Below are positions 60,015 through 64,000 of a stretch of DNA of 64,000 nucleotides, in pieces. The notes under the pieces were generated by a model. The model was not told the origin of the DNA. It saw only the letters and a list, made by a program, of their open reading frames with translations, and ran no database searches. A program made the position numbers and the translations under genes. Every line of letters starts with the position of its first letter. Positions within the stretch are counted from its first letter, which is position 1. The DNA is taken from positions 4,692 to 68,691 of the forward strand of contig PBMI01000055.1 of the NCBI GenBank assembly GCA_002722545.1, given 5' to 3'. This DNA is from Opitutia bacterium. Its GTDB lineage: Bacteria > Verrucomicrobiota > Verrucomicrobiia > Opitutales > Seribacteraceae.

Positions 60015-61493
60015 CTAGACAGACGGATCTTCCAGCACCCCCTCCGCCTCGGCAAGCAGCGCGTCGTAGTCAAAAGCCGGGCCTTCCAGCACTCCCTCCG
60101 CCTCGGCAAGCAGCGCGTCGTAGTCAAAAGCCGGGTTCCACTTTGCGAGAACGTCCTGCACCCACGCGCTGTTTCCGCTGCCGGGATTGTCGAGCAAGGA
60201 GCGCAAAAATTCGTCTTCTTCGTTGCGCTTCAGCTCCTCGGCGTATCGAGGCTCGCGCGCCTCGACCGCAAGCACCGCTTGAAAGTCGGGCGACTTCGCC
60301 TTGATCGCCATTCTGTATGGGAGAGTTGATATCCTCGCCGCAATTGCAAAGCGGGCGCGTTTTGCGTCGCTTGACGAGGAGGCGCTGTTTTTGGAGCCAG
60401 CATGCGCGTAAATTTGCAGATCAATCGCCTGGTCGCGCTTAATTTGTATCTTGTTTCGGCGCTTCTTCTCAACGGCAACGTGCCCTTCAAATGATTTGAT
60501 GTCCATCTTAAGATTATTGGCGATCTTTAGTCGCAAGGTCTTGAGCGAGCCGGTGGAGTCCCGCGAAGAAAGCTGTTCCGCCGTGTTGACGTAAGCCACC
60601 ACGTTTTCGTAAATCTTTGGGCCCCACTGCTTTCGAGCGGCGTCATTGAGAAACGCGGCCTCTGTGATGCGCTTTGCCTCGGCCTCGACAACGACCATTG
60701 TCTCTTCTTTTGACAGTTCAAGGTTGTTTGCCAGCTCCTCGAGCGCGCCCTCCTTTTCGGGGTCGTTGAAAAACTTGGCAACGAGCATTCGCCCGTAGGG
60801 CTCCAAGTAAATGTACCGAGGCATGGGCATTGCCTTCTCGCCAAGCAGATCTTCCAGCTCGCTCTCGACCGTGGCCAGCCGCTCCTGCAATTCATCCTCT
60901 TCCTCAATCACGTGCTGAGGCGGCTGAGGCACGTCGATTGGCTGCGCTACCACGTCGCCATGCTGCGCCAGTTGACGGTACCCTGGAACGCGGCGACGTG
61001 CCGCTTGCACGTTTGCTCTCACTTTTCGCCACTCTGATTCCGGCAGGTTGTTCTCATTCATGATTGCCCGCGCAATTTTCTCCATCTCCTGGCGCACCTC
61101 TTCGTCGGACAGCGAGCCTTCCCGTTCCACCAGCTCCTTCACGTGAAGGTTGACCGTGAGGTATGTCGTCTTGGGCAAGCGCGTGACGGCAAAGTGTTTT
61201 GTCATCTCGCGGCCCTTATGGGCCCTGCGATATTGTCTCACCAATCTGTAGAGACTGTCGTCTTTGTCGTCAGAAATGTTGTGCTCCCTGCGCACGCTCG
61301 ACACCAGGCGTCGCATGGCTTGGTGCAGTTGGTAGTCGTCCATCCCTTTTTCTTGCGACACAATTTCCTTTACGCCATTGGTTATCGACTGGTACACGCT
61401 TTTATCAAAAAGCGGCCTTGTACCTGTGGGCACTGGCGCAACGCTCATGCGCGCCATTCCGACCGCCAGCACCTCGTCGAGGCGCGTGCTCAT
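60015..61493 (-). CDS. Helical repeat protein with RLxxVLAxG leader
   Basis: MSTRLDEVLAVG..PTG; internal repeats (KSVYQSITNGVKEIV / KTTYLTVNLHVKELV). Confidence 0.7.
   Translation of the reverse strand: MSTRLDEVLAVGMARMSVAPVPTGTRPLFDKSVYQSITNGVKEIVSQEKGMDDYQLHQAMRRLVSSVRREHNISDDKDDSLYRLVRQYRRAHKGREMTKHFAVTRLPKTTYLTVNLHVKELVEREGSLSDEEVRQEMEKIARAIMNENNLPESEWRKVRANVQAARRRVPGYRQLAQHGDVVAQPIDVPQPPQHVIEEEDELQERLATVESELEDLLGEKAMPMPRYIYLEPYGRMLVAKFFNDPEKEGALEELANNLELSKEETMVVVEAEAKRITEAAFLNDAARKQWGPKIYENVVAYVNTAEQLSSRDSTGSLKTLRLKIANNLKMDIKSFEGHVAVEKKRRNKIQIKRDQAIDLQIYAHAGSKNSASSSSDAKRARFAIAARISTLPYRMAIKAKSPDFQAVLAVEAREPRYAEELKRNEEDEFLRSLLDNPGSGNSAWVQDVLAKWNPAFDYDALLAEAEGVLEGPAFDYDALLAEAEGVLEDPSV
60029..60135. 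repeat. 54 bp tandem duplication encoding PAFDYDALLAEAEGVLE x2
   Basis: Direct repeat with period 54, nearly identical copies. Confidence 0.9.
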
Positions 61494-61554
61494 GTGCGCT
61501 TGTTGATCCAGTTTCTTTTCTCCAACTAACAAGTAATCGTAGACGCTGTACTTA

Positions 61555-62193
61555 TTATGCCCTATTCTTTCCAAGCAGGGCGGAGCGCAAGCGCGCAAGG
61601 CGACGCGCGCGCTGCTCCTGCCCCACAGTCCAGTCAACAAGGCATATCCGCGGAAGCTGCGCCTCCACGCCCTTACGACCGTGGGCGCACGCACAGTCGC
61701 CGCAGTAGTCGCTCGAGCTGGACGAGTAGGTGTACTCGCTGTCGTCGTCCTCGCTCTCCTGCCCCTCGCAACCCGACCTGTGCGCGCAAGGCGGAAGATA
61801 GTACGCGTCCGCGCTCTCAAAAGTCTGCGGCGCTATGTTTTCGTTGCGCAAGCGTGAGTGAGCGAGCGCATGCCCACCGCACAGCAGCGCCAGCTCCTGC
61901 GTCCGATTGATGCACAGCCACACATTGCACTCACTGCACCGGTACTTAAACCCGTTGCACGCGTGACCGCACAGCGCGTGCGGCTGCACTCCGGCGGCGA
62001 CACACGCAAAACACGTGGGATGCCCAAACTCGCACATGAGCGTTGAGTCAAATTTGTTGACCTGTGCCGCGTCGCACGCAACGCAAGCCTCACCGACCGG
62101 CGCAGACCGCGAAGACTGGCTCTCGCCAAAACGCGGCCGTCGCGGAGACGGCTTTGCTGGCGCTTTGCGCCGGGCGTTTTTGCCACGGCCCAT
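61555..62193 (-). CDS. Cys-rich RING-like protein
   Basis: CVAC..CEFGHPTCFAC..CSEC; upstream motif at 62257-62268. Confidence 0.6.
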   Translation of the reverse strand: MGRGKNARRKAPAKPSPRRPRFGESQSSRSAPVGEACVACDAAQVNKFDSTLMCEFGHPTCFACVAAGVQPHALCGHACNGFKYRCSECNVWLCINRTQELALLCGGHALAHSRLRNENIAPQTFESADAYYLPPCAHRSGCEGQESEDDDSEYTYSSSSSDYCGDCACAHGRKGVEAQLPRICLVDWTVGQEQRARRLARLRSALLGKNRA

Positions 62194-62275
62194 GCGCCAC
62201 TCCCTCTACAAACCAAATGAATGTGTGCCTGTACACACGCGCCGCTTTTCACGCCACACGAGTCGCAAGATGCGC

Positions 62276-63127
62276 TTACAGCGAAGCGTCCTGTACCTGT
62301 TGCGTCTTACCAAAGGCCAAATGACGCTCGTACACCGCACGGAGCTTGCCGATGCTCGTAACAAACTTCCCCGCCTTTGACATGCAGGCCTCGTGCTTCA
62401 GGTACGCGCTCGCTGTGCTGAAGCGGCCCGGCCACAGCTTCATACACAACCAATGCCGGCGATCGCGCGCGCCCGTATCCTCAAATTTGTGCGAGTTCAT
62501 GTACGCCAAAAACGACGCAACGCAGCCCTTCTTCCACGGCGCATCGCTCAGGCGGAATGCGATCAGCGCGTCGCGCGCCTGGTAAGCGCTCACCGTACAA
62601 AGGTCGGGCGTCGCATCTTCAAAGGAAGGCACTTTCAGCTCCACGATTGCACGCTTTAGATCGTACGGGTCGCGCAGCCCCGCGCTTTGAAAAAAGGGCA
62701 CTTCGCTGCAGGGCAGCGTGACTGTCTTGCACGTCGGCCATCCCGCGCGCTCCTCGCCCTTCTTTGCCTTTCCCCGCTTTCCACGACCGCGCCCGCCCTC
62801 GTTGTAGGCCGCAAAAGCTGCAATTGCTCGCGTCCGCAACGCCGCGTCGGGCCCTGCTCCATGCTCCTCGCCCGCCTCCGCGCCCAATGCCAATCTCAGG
62901 CGCTCCACTTCCTGCTGGAGCGCGGAGATCTGTGAGTGAGCAACGCGCAGGTCCTCCTTCGCCGCGAGCAACGCCTCCGCGCGGCGCTCTGCCTCTGCAC
63001 GAAGCGCGCCGTTGCGCTGCCCTTTCTCCGCCAGCAACAAAAGCAGCTCACTTTCTTCCTCCAGCGCAACGCTGCGGGAACGCTTGGCCGACCTTCCCAC
63101 TGACGCGTCGTCCCCGACGTCGAACAT
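62276..63127 (-). CDS. Hypothetical protein with coiled coil
   Basis: 283 aa ATG ORF; upstream motif at 63154-63165. Confidence 0.65.
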   Translation of the reverse strand: MFDVGDDASVGRSAKRSRSVALEEESELLLLLAEKGQRNGALRAEAERRAEALLAAKEDLRVAHSQISALQQEVERLRLALGAEAGEEHGAGPDAALRTRAIAAFAAYNEGGRGRGKRGKAKKGEERAGWPTCKTVTLPCSEVPFFQSAGLRDPYDLKRAIVELKVPSFEDATPDLCTVSAYQARDALIAFRLSDAPWKKGCVASFLAYMNSHKFEDTGARDRRHWLCMKLWPGRFSTASAYLKHEACMSKAGKFVTSIGKLRAVYERHLAFGKTQQVQDASL

Positions 63128-63219
63128 GCGGAGCGCGTTGCGTGCGCAACGTTCACCAGTTGCAAGTCACTTGGGCGCTAATTGTTGCCCAGGCGCGCCT
63201 TGAGCGTGAAGCGCGGTCC

Positions 63220-64000
63220 ATGGCGCGTGGGCCTCTGGGAGTGCCCTCGGGTTGCCTGAAGACACACGGAGTGCCACAGCCACCGCTCGACCCCGGCTGG
63301 GACATTGCGCACGCGTCGCTCGTGCCGCATGTTGCGTTCTTTGACAGTCGGGTGGTTCCTGACCTCGGCGCCATGCAGCGCGTGGCGCGCATGGCCAACG
63401 CAACATCTCCGCCCCATTCAATGCAGTTTCACGCAATTGTTTCGGCAAGAAGCGCCTGGGATGCGCAGCGCAACTTGCCCGGGGTTCGCGTTCACGTCCT
63501 GCACCTGAGCGCGGCGGCGAGTTGCCTCTACAAGTACCTGTCGGCGTCGTCCCACGGGCCGGGCCCCCAATACCTGCAGAAGGTCATTTTGCCCTGGATA
63601 CTCCCCGCGAGCGTGCGCCGCGTGCTGGTGCTCGACTCCGACGTCGTCATCCTTGGGAACTTGTGGGAGCTTTGGCGATCGTTCGAGCACTTTCGAGGTG
63701 CCGTTGCCGGATTGGTGAATGAGCAAAATAATCTATACGCGCCAATGGTGGGAAGAAACGGCGGCCTGCAGCTGCTCGACTTGGAACGGATGCGCACGTC
63801 GCGTGCATACTTGCACGTGCTCGACACCTTCAATGTGCACGGCTACAAGATTGGCTACCTGGGCGACCAGACCTTCTACACCGTCCTCGGCCACATTCGC
63901 CCTTTGCTCGTGCACGCTGTGGGGTGCGAGTGGAACCGGCAACTCAACACCCACTTTGGCGCAAACGTCGGTCAATTTGGAAGGTGCGAGCGCGGGTGCG
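63220..64000 (+). CDS. Glycosyltransferase family 8 (LARGE/xylosyltransferase-like), 3'-truncated by the window
   Basis: Not in the ORF track because it has no stop. My translation gives KVILPWILP..RVLVLDSDVV..LWELW..NGGLQLLDLERMR..LGDQ..CEWNRQL. Confidence 0.85.
   Translation, partial: MARGPLGVPSGCLKTHGVPQPPLDPGWDIAHASLVPHVAFFDSRVVPDLGAMQRVARMANATSPPHSMQFHAIVSARSAWDAQRNLPGVRVHVLHLSAAASCLYKYLSASSHGPGPQYLQKVILPWILPASVRRVLVLDSDVVILGNLWELWRSFEHFRGAVAGLVNEQNNLYAPMVGRNGGLQLLDLERMRTSRAYLHVLDTFNVHGYKIGYLGDQTFYTVLGHIRPLLVHAVGCEWNRQLNTHFGANVGQFGRCERGC

Noticed and set aside
1-64000. Bacterial, cellular eukaryotic or nucleocytovirus origin; tRNA/rRNA genes
   Set aside because: Eukaryotic domains plus spliceosomal introns exclude bacteria. 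Compact, mostly intronless genes with a terminase argue against ordinary host DNA. I recognised no NCLDV hallmark and no structural RNA gene by eye, but no scan was run.

Overview
This is a GC-rich, gene-dense 64 kb segment of a large eukaryote-infecting DNA virus, most likely a mirusvirus (Duplodnaviria, herpes-like), free or host-integrated. The key evidence is a herpes/phage-type terminase ATPase gene (minus strand, 9537->8422). It is visible only after removing three short GT-AG introns, one of which splits the Walker A motif (PRRFG|KT). The gene then stops at a fourth donor, just before the expected Walker B/nuclease half, which I could not find in the window. Between divergent genes at 14532-15348 lies an AT-rich ~610 bp imperfect palindrome built from ~143 bp units, each with an 11-7-11 inverted-repeat core. 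The other ~55 ORFs include many ubiquitin-system proteins (U-box+SEL1, RING, RING-CH, F-box) and a Rad5/16-like SNF2-RING protein. There are also EEP, PIN-like and PD-(D/E)xK nucleases, two Fic paralogues, two Myb proteins, a TFIIB-like protein, a degenerate dUTPase, an FAD oxidase and a GT8 glycosyltransferase. Two recurrent upstream DNA motifs and two shared N-terminal leader peptides are visible. All assignments come from reading motifs by eye; no database search was run.
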